DNA of 64,000 nucleotides from a virus: positions 16,515 through 80,514 of IMG/VR virus record IMGVR_UViG_3300025018_000006, one strand, 5' to 3'. Position numbers and translations under genes: made by a program. The notes under the pieces were generated by a model. The model made no database searches, was not told the origin of the DNA, and saw only the letters and a list, made by a program, of their open reading frames with translations. Shown in pieces: positions 47,381-57,372 of this stretch. Positions within the stretch are counted from its first letter, which is position 1. Each line of letters begins with the position of its first letter.

Positions 47381-48894
47381 AGATAAAATGGAGACCTTAT
47401 CAAATAGCTTGTAAGCATGCTATCAAAAATGCTTATGATAAAGGAGTAAACAAACAACTTATTGTTTCAGCAACAGGTACCGGAAAAAGAATGATGTCAG
47501 TAGATTTGATGCGTCATTTTCCCAGGGCATTATTTCTTGCTCACAGAGAAGAATTGATCGTTCAAGCCTATGATGAGATAAATTCATTATGGCCAATGCA
47601 CGCGGGAATAGTAAAGGGTCCGGTCTTTGAAATAGATAAAAGAATTGTTGTTGCTTCTGTTCAGACTTTATATAATCGTCTTGATAAAATTAATCCTGAT
47701 ACATTTCCTCTTATTATTGTAGATGAAGCTCATCATTATGTTTCCCCTACATATCTAAAAACAATTAGACATTTTAACCCAAAGCTTCTTACAGCTTGGA
47801 CTGCTACACCAAAAAGGCTTGATGGATTAAGCTTATCTAATATTGTTCAAGATAAGATTTTTGAATATAATATTGAAAATGGTATTGATGATGGATTTTT
47901 AGCGCCTGTTGAAGCTTATCAAATTCGTACTCCTATTGATATAAGTACAGTAAAAAGAACAGCTGGAGATTTTAATCAAAAGCAGTTAAGTGAAAAAGTT
48001 GATTCAGATGTAAGAAATAAATTAATAGTAAAGAAATATGAAGAATATACTCATGGCAGGCAAGGTGTTGCCTATTGTGTTGATATCAATCATTGTTATA
48101 ACCTTAAGCGTTTTTTCATTGATCGTGGGATTCATGCTGAAGTTGTTGTTAGCGATACAGAGAGATGCCCTAACAGGAGCGAATTGGTTGCTGACTTTCA
48201 GAAAGGAAAAATTGATGTTTTAATTAATGTTAATATTTTAACTGAAGGGTTCGATTATAACGACGTAGGAGTCGTTATGATGGCTCGCCCTACCCAGTCG
48301 GAGACTTTGTACATTCAAAGCATAGGAAGAGGCACACGGCTTAAATCTGAGTCATATAAACAAAGATTTAACACAGATAAGTGTATCATATTAGATTTTG
48401 TAGATAATACAGGTAAATTAACCTTGATTAATTCATGGGAGCTTGAAAAAGATAAACCTATTGAAGATAGGAAGTTTTTACCAGAGGAACACCGTCAGAA
48501 ACTTTTAGAAGAACGTGAAAAACGTGAGCGTAGACTTCAAGTTATTCATGGAAGGGATCGTAAAATTAATTTATTAAAACTTCCTGAAGTTACTGTATGG
48601 AACTCTCCGAAAATGGCGGATCCTGCTACAGAAAAACAAATTCAGTGGTTAAAAGCTATGAATGTATGGCAAGAAGATGTTGAGTACACTAAAGCTATGG
48701 CATCTGAACTAATCTCTAATCAACCTGCTAAAGAATGGCAGATAAGATATCTTGGTCAGCATAAATATGATGTTTCCAGTAGAGTTACTATTGGGCAATA
48801 TCAGAAAGTGAAATGGCTTATGGATAATAGAAGTAAATATGCAATGGAAGATAAACTTAAAAATTCAATTCAAAATGGACAACAAAAAATCTAA
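47377..48894 (+). CDS. SF2 DEAH helicase (RadD/IRC3-like)
   Basis: ATGTGK, DEAHH, TAT, LTEGFD, QSIGRGTR. Confidence 0.9.
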   Translation: MKIKWRPYQIACKHAIKNAYDKGVNKQLIVSATGTGKRMMSVDLMRHFPRALFLAHREELIVQAYDEINSLWPMHAGIVKGPVFEIDKRIVVASVQTLYNRLDKINPDTFPLIIVDEAHHYVSPTYLKTIRHFNPKLLTAWTATPKRLDGLSLSNIVQDKIFEYNIENGIDDGFLAPVEAYQIRTPIDISTVKRTAGDFNQKQLSEKVDSDVRNKLIVKKYEEYTHGRQGVAYCVDINHCYNLKRFFIDRGIHAEVVVSDTERCPNRSELVADFQKGKIDVLINVNILTEGFDYNDVGVVMMARPTQSETLYIQSIGRGTRLKSESYKQRFNTDKCIILDFVDNTGKLTLINSWELEKDKPIEDRKFLPEEHRQKLLEEREKRERRLQVIHGRDRKINLLKLPEVTVWNSPKMADPATEKQIQWLKAMNVWQEDVEYTKAMASELISNQPAKEWQIRYLGQHKYDVSSRVTIGQYQKVKWLMDNRSKYAMEDKLKNSIQNGQQKI

Positions 48895-49228
48895 AGAATT
48901 ACCAAAAAGTTTCGAAGCCATACTTGAAAATGGTGAACGTAAAGATGTGTTAATTCATACATGGAATGAAAGAATTATAGATAGGAATGAAATTGAATCA
49001 TTCACTACTCTTGTTGGAGATAAACTATATCATGTTACTCCTAACAAGAATGAAGTATTTCTTCCTTATTCTGAATATCATGGAGATCATGCTATGAACT
49101 GGATTATTGCTGTAGACGTGAGGAATAATAAAGAAGTATTCCGAAAAAATCTAAGATTAGTAGATATGGTGAATTGGAAATTATCTTCTTCTTCAACTAA
49201 TAAAAATAACGGAAATGCAAAAAAGTGA
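48839..49228 (+). CDS. Hypothetical protein
   Basis: ORF between helicase and initiator. Confidence 0.55.
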   Translation: MQWKINLKIQFKMDNKKSKELPKSFEAILENGERKDVLIHTWNERIIDRNEIESFTTLVGDKLYHVTPNKNEVFLPYSEYHGDHAMNWIIAVDVRNNKEVFRKNLRLVDMVNWKLSSSSTNKNNGNAKK

Positions 49229-49916
49229 TCAGAAAAATTTTAAAGACATGAAAGTTGGGCCGGTTAATATTCTCGGCTCAACTACTATTAACCATTCAGC
49301 AAGAGTAGCTCTTGGATTGAATTGTTCTGAATATGTACTCATGGATTATGTTTATCGTTGTGTGCAGAAAAAAATACCAATAGACATTACAGATGTTTAC
49401 CAGAAAACCGGGTTTCGTAATGAAGAACAAGCGGTTCTTTTAAGAAATCTTGTAGGTAAAGGATTTATTAATCCTATTGATACTCCTATTCCGCAAATAA
49501 CAGATAAATGGGCTACTGCTTTTACAGACATTCAAATGGAATTTGAAGAATTGTTTTGGAAAAGAAATGGAAAAGTATTCTGGACAGGTTCTAAAAAGAA
49601 ATCTTATGATTTTTATTATAAAACCAGAAAAAGCTTTAGTCGTGATTTTCTTGTTGGTCAAAGAGATGAATATGCTCGTTATCTTGAATTAGAAAATAAG
49701 AGAGGATTTAACCGTAGGGTAATGATGGCCGAAAGATGGCTGCATCCTTCCAATGCTTATTATGATGTTGATTGGAAAACCATGGCTGATGATATCCAAA
49801 AAGAACTAGATAAAGCTAATGAAAAGCTTAATAAAGCTAACCAAAAAGCTGAGAAAACTCAAACATTAACAGCAGAAGAAAGGAAGAAACAGTATGAACA
49901 AGATAGCAACCAGTAA
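49215..49916 (+). CDS. Putative phage replication initiator/replisome organiser
   Basis: N-terminal wHTH (LVGKGFI); FEELFWK...KK...ERWL domain; directly before primase-helicase. Confidence 0.55.
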   Translation: MQKSDQKNFKDMKVGPVNILGSTTINHSARVALGLNCSEYVLMDYVYRCVQKKIPIDITDVYQKTGFRNEEQAVLLRNLVGKGFINPIDTPIPQITDKWATAFTDIQMEFEELFWKRNGKVFWTGSKKKSYDFYYKTRKSFSRDFLVGQRDEYARYLELENKRGFNRRVMMAERWLHPSNAYYDVDWKTMADDIQKELDKANEKLNKANQKAEKTQTLTAEERKKQYEQDSNQ

Positions 49917-51804
49917 AGGTGTTTTCGAGATCAACTATGAAAATGAACAAGCTAATCAAAAAGGAGAGGTTTATATTATATGTCCTATTTGTGCACATAC
50001 AAGGGAACCTCATCATCAAAAAGAGAAAAAACTTGCTGTAAACATAAAGAAAGATCCTCATCCGTGGCGATGTAATCACTGTGGAGAAAGCGGCCGTATT
50101 TTAACTGAAGAATACCTGAAAAGATCTAAGATCAAACCTATAATCAAAAATTATGATTATATGCCGATTAGCGATCCTTTAATGCAGTGGTTTTGGCAAA
50201 AAAGAAAAATTAGTGCCGCAACAGTTCGTCATTTTGATATATCATTATCACTAGAACCGGTTTTGCAACATCGAGTTCCAAAAGGAAAAGAGTCTGAAAA
50301 AGGAAAGTGGATTACTCGGAAATGTATCAATTTTAAATACAAGATTGATAAAGTTCTGATTAATATAAAATTTAGAGATCCTTATAAAAACTTCAAGTTA
50401 ATAACCGGTGCTACATTAGTGCCATTTAATCTTGATTCGGTAAAAGATTCTGAAGAAGCAGTTATTGTAGAAGGAGAAATTGACTGTATGGCATATCATG
50501 AATCAGGCATTACAAGTGTATTTTCAGTTCCTAATGGAGCAACAATTACAGATGAGGAAAAAGATATATATGAACAGACCGGTCAGCTTAAAGTGATTAG
50601 CAATATAAATTTGACATATCTCGATCCTGTTATTGATAAATTAGATCATATCAAAACATTTTATATTGCAACTGATGATGATCCGCCAGGAGTAAAACTT
50701 CGCGAGGAATTAGCCAGAAGACTTGGTTATGAAAGATGTAAGTATATCAGATTTTCAGATTGGAAGGATGATGATGGAAATGAGATAAATGATCCAAATG
50801 AATTATTAATCAAGAGAGGTAAAGCTACTCTTGCAGGATCTATTGAAGCTGCTCATGATTTTCCAATAGCTGATGTAACTGTAGCTAGTGAATATCTTGA
50901 TGTGATGTTGAAAAATTATCGCGAAGGTAAATCACGAGGTATTTCGACAGGTTATGATTCTCTTGATCCGTTTTTCAATTGGGTTAGAGGTTGGCCGATT
51001 GTTTTTAACGGTTATCCTAATATGGGTAAAACATCATTTGTATTAAATTTAATGGCAATATCAGCTGTTAAATATAAATGGAAATGGGGTGTTTATTGTC
51101 CTGAAAATTATCCGGTACAAGATGTTATTGAATTAATATCAATGATATTGATTGGGAAAACTATTGAAACAGGATTTGATAAAAGAATAAGTGAAGATGA
51201 ATTAAAAGCAGTTGTGCATAATTTTATTGATCATCATTTTTTCTTTGTTGATAATGAAAACGGATTTAGTCCTCAAGAGTTAAGAGATATAAAGAAAAGA
51301 CTTGTTCAAACTCATGGTATTGTAGGATTCCTTACTGATCCATGGTCGAGTTTAAATCATGATGTAAATAAATTTGGTGGTATTGATGAATACCTGCAAA
51401 ATGAATTAAACCAAGAAGTGAGATTAACTACAAAGTATAATCTAATTAATCTAATTTGCCATCATCCAAAGACTCCGGATAAAGTAGATAAACCGCCTAC
51501 GGTATGGTCTCTTACTGGTGGCAAATATTGGTGGATAAAAATGTATGTAGCAATATCTATTCATCAAGAATCATTTGATGATTGGAAAAATAATCTTGTT
51601 GGATTTCATGTGCAAAAAGTTAAGATTAAACAAAAAGCAGGTGAAACAACCAGTCAAAATAATTATCCGGTTCTTAGATATGATAAATTGTCAAGAAGAT
51701 TTTATGAAGCAGAAAATATAAACAGCCCGGAACCAAAATATACTAAGTTTCCATTTGCTGCTTATCTTGATGCTGATCAACAAAGTTTGTTTGAGGGATA
51801 TTAG
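49894..51804 (+). CDS. Primase-helicase (T7 gp4/Twinkle-like)
   Basis: CPIC/CNHC Zn finger, VEGEIDC and TDDDPPG TOPRIM motifs, GYPNMGKT Walker A, DPW. Confidence 0.9.
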   Translation: MNKIATSKGVFEINYENEQANQKGEVYIICPICAHTREPHHQKEKKLAVNIKKDPHPWRCNHCGESGRILTEEYLKRSKIKPIIKNYDYMPISDPLMQWFWQKRKISAATVRHFDISLSLEPVLQHRVPKGKESEKGKWITRKCINFKYKIDKVLINIKFRDPYKNFKLITGATLVPFNLDSVKDSEEAVIVEGEIDCMAYHESGITSVFSVPNGATITDEEKDIYEQTGQLKVISNINLTYLDPVIDKLDHIKTFYIATDDDPPGVKLREELARRLGYERCKYIRFSDWKDDDGNEINDPNELLIKRGKATLAGSIEAAHDFPIADVTVASEYLDVMLKNYREGKSRGISTGYDSLDPFFNWVRGWPIVFNGYPNMGKTSFVLNLMAISAVKYKWKWGVYCPENYPVQDVIELISMILIGKTIETGFDKRISEDELKAVVHNFIDHHFFFVDNENGFSPQELRDIKKRLVQTHGIVGFLTDPWSSLNHDVNKFGGIDEYLQNELNQEVRLTTKYNLINLICHHPKTPDKVDKPPTVWSLTGGKYWWIKMYVAISIHQESFDDWKNNLVGFHVQKVKIKQKAGETTSQNNYPVLRYDKLSRRFYEAENINSPEPKYTKFPFAAYLDADQQSLFEGY

Positions 51805-51863
51805 CAAACAATTATCTTCTTAATTAATCAATCAAAATAATTTAAACTATATAAATCGTAATT

Positions 51864-52925
51864 ATGAAAGCAAAAAATCAAACATCAGATGTTGATACAA
51901 TAAATGAAGAAGGTGTAGAAAATTCAGAACCTTTAGTTCCTGTAAAAGTTGTTGAATCTAAATTTGCTCATTTAACAAAAAATATCAATATCTATACAGA
52001 ATACGCATTAGATATTCATGTTGAAAATGACAATACTCTTTCTGTTGCTGAAAACAATTCAAGCGAGGTCAATTCTATCCTGAAAGGGATAGATAAGATC
52101 CGCAAAGAATTTAAGGAACCTTATTTTCGTACTGCAAAATTAATTGACGAATATGCAAAAACATTAACAAATCCTTTAGAGGAAGCTAAAAAATCAATTA
52201 ATGAAGCGATTACTAACTATAAACGTGTTCAAGAGGCAACTGCCCGAGCACAGGCTGAAGAAGTGAGAAAGAAAGCTGAAGCGTTAGCTGATGCTAAAGC
52301 AGCTGAGGCTGATCGTATTGACCGTATTCAAAGACAGCTTATCGCAAGACTTTATGGAGGACAATGGTTTAATCGGGAAAATCAGCGTAAAACTTCTGCC
52401 GGATGTATTCATTACAGAGATTGTGACGAACTCACAAAAGCTGTAAAGGAAAGGATTCCTAAGATTGATGAATTTGAATATATGCAGGATGAGTATCGAA
52501 AAATGAAAAAAGATATTCTTAAGCTAATTTCTACACATAAAAGCAATCTTATAGAGCTTGAAAGTGATAGTAAGCTGTTAAAGGAAAATGCTCAAAAAAG
52601 TATTGACCAGGCTAAAGAAGCTGCAGGTATAGCTATCAATGAAGCTAAAGAGGAAATGACTCAAAACATTATCAAAGAAGCTAAGAAAGAAATAAAAACC
52701 TCTGAAGCTGAAACTAAAGAAGCCGGTAAAGGTGTTCGTAAAGTGTTGAAATTTGAAATGGCTGAAATAGAAGATGTGCCAAAAGAGTTTCTTATGCTTG
52801 ACGACACTAAAGTTAGAGCATGGGCTTCTGAGCATAAAGATAAAATCAAGCAAATGCTTAAAGATGGCAGAAACGTGAAAAACGGAATCAAATTCTGGTT
52901 GGAGGATAGCTATGTTAGCAGGTAA
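51864..52925 (+). CDS. Long coiled-coil protein (recombination module)
   Basis: RKEFKEP...ID and VPKEFLMLD motifs. Confidence 0.55.
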   Translation: MKAKNQTSDVDTINEEGVENSEPLVPVKVVESKFAHLTKNINIYTEYALDIHVENDNTLSVAENNSSEVNSILKGIDKIRKEFKEPYFRTAKLIDEYAKTLTNPLEEAKKSINEAITNYKRVQEATARAQAEEVRKKAEALADAKAAEADRIDRIQRQLIARLYGGQWFNRENQRKTSAGCIHYRDCDELTKAVKERIPKIDEFEYMQDEYRKMKKDILKLISTHKSNLIELESDSKLLKENAQKSIDQAKEAAGIAINEAKEEMTQNIIKEAKKEIKTSEAETKEAGKGVRKVLKFEMAEIEDVPKEFLMLDDTKVRAWASEHKDKIKQMLKDGRNVKNGIKFWLEDSYVSR

Positions 52926-53250
52926 AAATAAAAGTTATGATGGCCCTAAAACACATAGGGCTATCGTAACTAAAATTCAAGCTGACATGAAAAAAAGAGG
53001 AAGCCATATGTCTTTCGCGAGAGTTGAAAGAATGATTACTCTTTTTTTTGGTGAAAAGTATGGAATAGGGAAATATTTTAAAAAGGGGAATAACTTTAGT
53101 ATCTCATACTTAGGAACATTTAAACCTGAAAAAAAGTGGTTTTACAAGAATCGTGGTGAACGAATTGTTAAACGAAAAAAACAACTCGAAAACTGGAGAA
53201 TTGCCACTGCAAAATATGAAAAAAAGAAGGCTGAAAAAGAAAAAAGTTAG
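52912..53250 (+). CDS. IHF/HU-like basic protein
   Basis: GNNFSISYLGTF. Confidence 0.5.
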   Translation: MLAGKNKSYDGPKTHRAIVTKIQADMKKRGSHMSFARVERMITLFFGEKYGIGKYFKKGNNFSISYLGTFKPEKKWFYKNRGERIVKRKKQLENWRIATAKYEKKKAEKEKS

Positions 53251-53310
53251 TATCTTTATTGTCCTTTATCTGAAAACAAACAGTTATCGTTTTAACTGTA
53301 ATTATTTTTA

Positions 53311-54036
53311 TTGTTTAATTTAATACATTTATTTATGAAAGCAACTACAAGCGGAAGTTTTAAGCCAGTAGTCTTACCAGAACCGCAAACCACCGTTGCA
53401 AGGTGTTATTCGTTAATTGACATTGGTACCGTTCCCAACATTTACAAAGGGAAACAACAAGGTATGGTTCACAGGATCTTCATCACCTGGGAATTGCCGA
53501 AACTGAAAGCTGTATTTAACGAAGACAGAGGTGAAGAGCCTTTTGTTATCTCTGATGAATTTACGTTAAGTACGAAAGAAAACTCTAATCTTGCCAAGCT
53601 GATTTCAGCATGGAGAAACAAACCTTTTACGCCACAAGAGGAGCAAAGTTTTGACCCAACTATACTGGTAGGAAAAGGTTGTGTTATTCAATTTATTCAT
53701 AAGCGTAAACAGAAATATCTTGGTCAGGATATCTCAGAAGTAACTAATGAGAATACCAACATGAAGATTCAGGCTATTATGAAACGGCCAAAAGAGATGG
53801 CTATGCCTGCTCAAATTAATCCTACATTTATTTGGGATTGGGAAGCTATCGAATCAGGAAAGAAAGCTTTTGATGAAAAGGAATTTGAAAAAATACCTAA
53901 CTTTCTTATTGATAAGATCAAACAATCTGATGAGTATAAAAAGTTTGCTACTGTATCTGCACATTCAAATGACTCAGAAGATTCAGTTCAGCAAAATACA
54001 GTAGATGCCGGACCGGTTTCTGAAGATGAATGGTAG
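53311..54036 (+). CDS. Phage ssDNA-binding protein (probable start 53335)
   Basis: ARCYSLIDIGT, IPNFLIDKI, acidic tail EDEW. Confidence 0.65.
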   Translation: MFNLIHLFMKATTSGSFKPVVLPEPQTTVARCYSLIDIGTVPNIYKGKQQGMVHRIFITWELPKLKAVFNEDRGEEPFVISDEFTLSTKENSNLAKLISAWRNKPFTPQEEQSFDPTILVGKGCVIQFIHKRKQKYLGQDISEVTNENTNMKIQAIMKRPKEMAMPAQINPTFIWDWEAIESGKKAFDEKEFEKIPNFLIDKIKQSDEYKKFATVSAHSNDSEDSVQQNTVDAGPVSEDEW

Positions 54037-54500
54037 AACCTAAGTACAAACATTACTTTACTGTACGAGAAGGAAAGTTCGTTTGGGAAGAAAAGGATAT
54101 GTTTGAATATAAAAGAAAAGCTCTGGAAGGCAGAAAAGGTTATGCAATCATTGAAGAAGAAGCTATCAAAGTTACTCCTAATCAATACGCTTATTATTTT
54201 GGCGGAATAATAAGACGGGAATGTATGAAATCTAATGTTTTCCATGGGCTTTCTGAACAACAAATCCATCAAGTACTTTTCTCCGAACTACGGTCGTCCG
54301 TGAAAGGTATTCATCTCAAAGATGGAACTACAAGACTCGTTACAGTAGTTGAGGATTTTGGTAAATACAACAAGGAGGATATGCGTAAATATATCGAGGA
54401 ATTAATCCCTTATTTACAAACAGAATACGATATTCACCCAAAACCAGCCTCACATTATAAGTACAATAAGTTTTACCTTAACGAAAAATTAATAAAATGA
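54030..54500 (+). CDS. NinB/Orf-like recombination protein
   Basis: TPNQYAYYFGGII...QIHQ...MRKYIEE. Confidence 0.55.
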   Translation: MVEPKYKHYFTVREGKFVWEEKDMFEYKRKALEGRKGYAIIEEEAIKVTPNQYAYYFGGIIRRECMKSNVFHGLSEQQIHQVLFSELRSSVKGIHLKDGTTRLVTVVEDFGKYNKEDMRKYIEELIPYLQTEYDIHPKPASHYKYNKFYLNEKLIK

Positions 54501-54730
54501 ATGACATAAAAACCGTTAATGTCAAATCAAGAATGATTAAATCAATTGGATATTCCGAAAGTGAATCTGTATTAATTGTAGAATTTAAAAAAGGATTTAA
54601 TATCTACCATTATTATGATGTTCCAAAGAATATCTATGATGATTTAATAAAAGCTGATTCTGTTGGAAAATATTTTCTTGATCATGTTAAGAATAAATAT
54701 GAATGCAATAAAGTAAGCGTTGAATTATGA
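54497..54730 (+). CDS. KTSC domain protein
   Basis: VKSRMIKSIGY...YHYYDVP...ADSVGKYF. Confidence 0.88.
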   Translation: MNDIKTVNVKSRMIKSIGYSESESVLIVEFKKGFNIYHYYDVPKNIYDDLIKADSVGKYFLDHVKNKYECNKVSVEL

Positions 54731-55596
54731 CATGGAAAGAAGTATTAGGTCCAGTATTACAAAGTCAGAAAATGCAGGATATAAAAAAGTTTCTGCAAGA
54801 AGAAAGAAAAACTAAGAATATCTATCCAGCAGGCAATGAAGTTTTTCGAGCATTTGAACTTACTCCGTATGAAAATACAAAAGTAGTTATACTTGGAGAA
54901 GAACCTTATTGTACACCGGGAACAGCTGATGGATTAGCTTATTCTACAAAACAAAAGGAAAGACCACCTATGCTTGAGGTTATTTTCAAAGAGATATACA
55001 AAGATTTAAACATCCAGTATTATCACAATGAAACATTTGAGGATTATTTTCCTCACAATAATCTTGATAAATGGGCAGCAAGAGGAATCCTTTTGTTAAA
55101 CTCTACATTGACTGTTGAGGAATCAAAACCAAACAGTCATGATCATCTTGGGTGGGATATGGTTGTTAAAGCTGTAATAGAAGGTCTGAATCAAAAAGAT
55201 CATCAAGTAATGTTTATACTATGGGGTGAAAAAGCTCAGAGTTATAAAAAACTTATTGATCCAAAAAGTAAACATGTAGTATTTTCCGCAGCACATCCAT
55301 CTGTTGAAGTTGGGCAAACTGAAGAAAATGGATTTTACGGATGCAGACACTTCAGTATTATTAGAGATGTACTACCTGAGATTGAAGGACGCGTATTATT
55401 TCCATCAATAGGTCTAAATGCTTGTTTTGACAAAGAAAAGGCGAAAGAGATCGTTAAAACGCATTATCCTATTGATGTAGACACAATCTGTAAATATATT
55501 GATGAAGAACTTATTATTCATGTTCCGATTAATAAGAAAAGATATTGGAATGAAGTGCGTAGATTTGAACAAACAATAAGTACCAAAAACGAATAA
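54727..55596 (+). CDS. ung: Uracil-DNA glycosylase family 1, with variant active site
   Basis: KVVILGEEPY, GLAYS, GILLLN, FILWG, HPS, GFYGCRHFS. Confidence 0.85.
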   Translation: MTWKEVLGPVLQSQKMQDIKKFLQEERKTKNIYPAGNEVFRAFELTPYENTKVVILGEEPYCTPGTADGLAYSTKQKERPPMLEVIFKEIYKDLNIQYYHNETFEDYFPHNNLDKWAARGILLLNSTLTVEESKPNSHDHLGWDMVVKAVIEGLNQKDHQVMFILWGEKAQSYKKLIDPKSKHVVFSAAHPSVEVGQTEENGFYGCRHFSIIRDVLPEIEGRVLFPSIGLNACFDKEKAKEIVKTHYPIDVDTICKYIDEELIIHVPINKKRYWNEVRRFEQTISTKNE

Positions 55597-55597
55597 C

Positions 55598-56173
55598 ATG
55601 ACAAAAAAAGAAAACGGAAGAGATCAGGCAGCTAAAATGGCTGCTGCGATTGACGATCAACCAAAACCTCAACATGGTAGCGGAAGTGTTTTTAAATCTG
55701 GAACTAAAACCAGTGAATATGATGATTTACCTAAAATGAAAACTAAAAGCTATGAGGATATTACAGCTTTTTCAGTACTTGAAATTCCTAAGAATCAAGT
55801 AAAACCGGTTAATCAAAGAATATTCTGTATCTCTCAAGATCCTGGAGAACAAAAAACTGAACATGGAATTATAATTCCGAATCAGCATAATAAACCTGAA
55901 TCTAAAGGCGGAAGAAAAAGAGAAAGAAGAAGATATTGGGTTGTCGATGTAGCTGATGATGTTACATTGGAAGTTCCTTTATTTCCAGGTAGCAAAGAAA
56001 GACGGCCACTTGAACGTGGAGATGAAGTATATCCGTTTATTCCAGAAGAAGCTGAAGCTTGGGATTTTGTTATGGTGTATGATTTTTATACCAATAAGGA
56101 GTATATTGTATTTCATCAAACAGAACTTGGTGGAGTCGGAATGTCTCCTTCAGTAAAGAAAGAGAAAGATTAA
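55598..56173 (+). CDS. GroES-like co-chaperonin
   Basis: VKPVNQRI...EQKTEHGIIIP...RGDEV...YIVFHQTELGGV. Confidence 0.6.
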   Translation: MTKKENGRDQAAKMAAAIDDQPKPQHGSGSVFKSGTKTSEYDDLPKMKTKSYEDITAFSVLEIPKNQVKPVNQRIFCISQDPGEQKTEHGIIIPNQHNKPESKGGRKRERRRYWVVDVADDVTLEVPLFPGSKERRPLERGDEVYPFIPEEAEAWDFVMVYDFYTNKEYIVFHQTELGGVGMSPSVKKEKD

Positions 56174-56175
56174 AA

Positions 56176-56208
56176 GAAAAAGGGGGGTTTAAAGCTCCCC
56201 ATTTTTTT
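56176..56208. terminator. Bidirectional terminator at the early/late convergence
   Basis: A-tract GGGGGG...CTCCCC T-tract. Confidence 0.75.
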
Positions 56209-57367
56209 ACAATGAAGTATCAAAGAATTTATAAGAAATGAATATCTCGTATTCCTGATCATCCAAAACACTATCCCATAATTGAGTAGAACTAGCCGGT
56301 CTTACTCTGGCATATAAGTCTTGATAAGGAGAACCTGTTTTGATAAACTTAGGACTATATCCATATCTTGTCGGGTCCCAAAGATTGACCTGCTCAATAG
56401 TTCCTAATGAATACATTATTTTAGAAGCCATATATCTTGAATAACCACTGGCAGGATAAAGCTCATATCCTAAATCGAAAAACACACTGTTATTACTACC
56501 GCCGGTTTTAACCAATGCTATTTCATCAAGTTTTGCTCCTTGTGGAATAATCCCGGGAAAAAATAAATATTGATCAGAATATGAAAATATACCAGATGCT
56601 CCTTTTTTCAAGTTTCTTGCATCCCATACATCAATTGCTTCATCAGCTTGATAAGCTTCATCAGTATCATAAACACCTGCTCCTATCACTGAGGTAACAG
56701 TTACAAATGCATCATAAGGACTTCCCATATAAAAAACATGACCTTCATCAACATCAGGGTCGATACTAAATGTTAATCTTGTTTTACTTGATCCATTATT
56801 TGAAGTATTTACTGTTCCGGAATAAGGATCTTTAACTGTAACAGGAAATTTTAGAGTAACATTACCAGTTGCGGGTTCTCCTGCTGGCCCTTGAATACCT
56901 TGCGGGCCTTGAGCACCTACAGCTCCAGCCGCTCCGGCTGCTCCAGTAGCACCTTCTTTTATTTTTCTGACAAAAACCCAGGCGTATAAATCTGGATAAC
57001 TTGCTTTTGATGCTTTTACCTGAAAAGAAGCTGCGTCAGCAGTCATAGCTGTAACAGCAAAGTCCATTTCATTTGACTGTAATGTTACAGTACAATTATT
57101 AGCAGTTATCAAAGTTAAAACCCATCCATCAGCATCATTATCATCAGCTAATATTGTTCCACTACGCTGAACTACAAATTGACCTTCTGCATTAGCAAAA
57201 ACAGGATTAGAACCATCATTATCTGAAGGAACACCAATAAATGGAGGATCAGCAAGCATAAAATATGCCGGATCTCCTGTGTCTCCTTTATAAGTTGTTG
57301 ATTCGGGTCCTACGAGAATAGGTTTCGAGCTATCACTACCACCTACTGGAAAATTTTTGTCTGACAT
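56207..57367 (-). CDS. Fibre protein with short collagen-like segment
   Basis: About 9 Gly-X-Y triplets, GATGAAGAAGAVGAQGPQGIQGPAGEP. Confidence 0.65.
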   Translation of the reverse strand: MSDKNFPVGGSDSSKPILVGPESTTYKGDTGDPAYFMLADPPFIGVPSDNDGSNPVFANAEGQFVVQRSGTILADDNDADGWVLTLITANNCTVTLQSNEMDFAVTAMTADAASFQVKASKASYPDLYAWVFVRKIKEGATGAAGAAGAVGAQGPQGIQGPAGEPATGNVTLKFPVTVKDPYSGTVNTSNNGSSKTRLTFSIDPDVDEGHVFYMGSPYDAFVTVTSVIGAGVYDTDEAYQADEAIDVWDARNLKKGASGIFSYSDQYLFFPGIIPQGAKLDEIALVKTGGSNNSVFFDLGYELYPASGYSRYMASKIMYSLGTIEQVNLWDPTRYGYSPKFIKTGSPYQDLYARVRPASSTQLWDSVLDDQEYEIFISYKFFDTSL

Positions 57368-57372
57368 TATTT

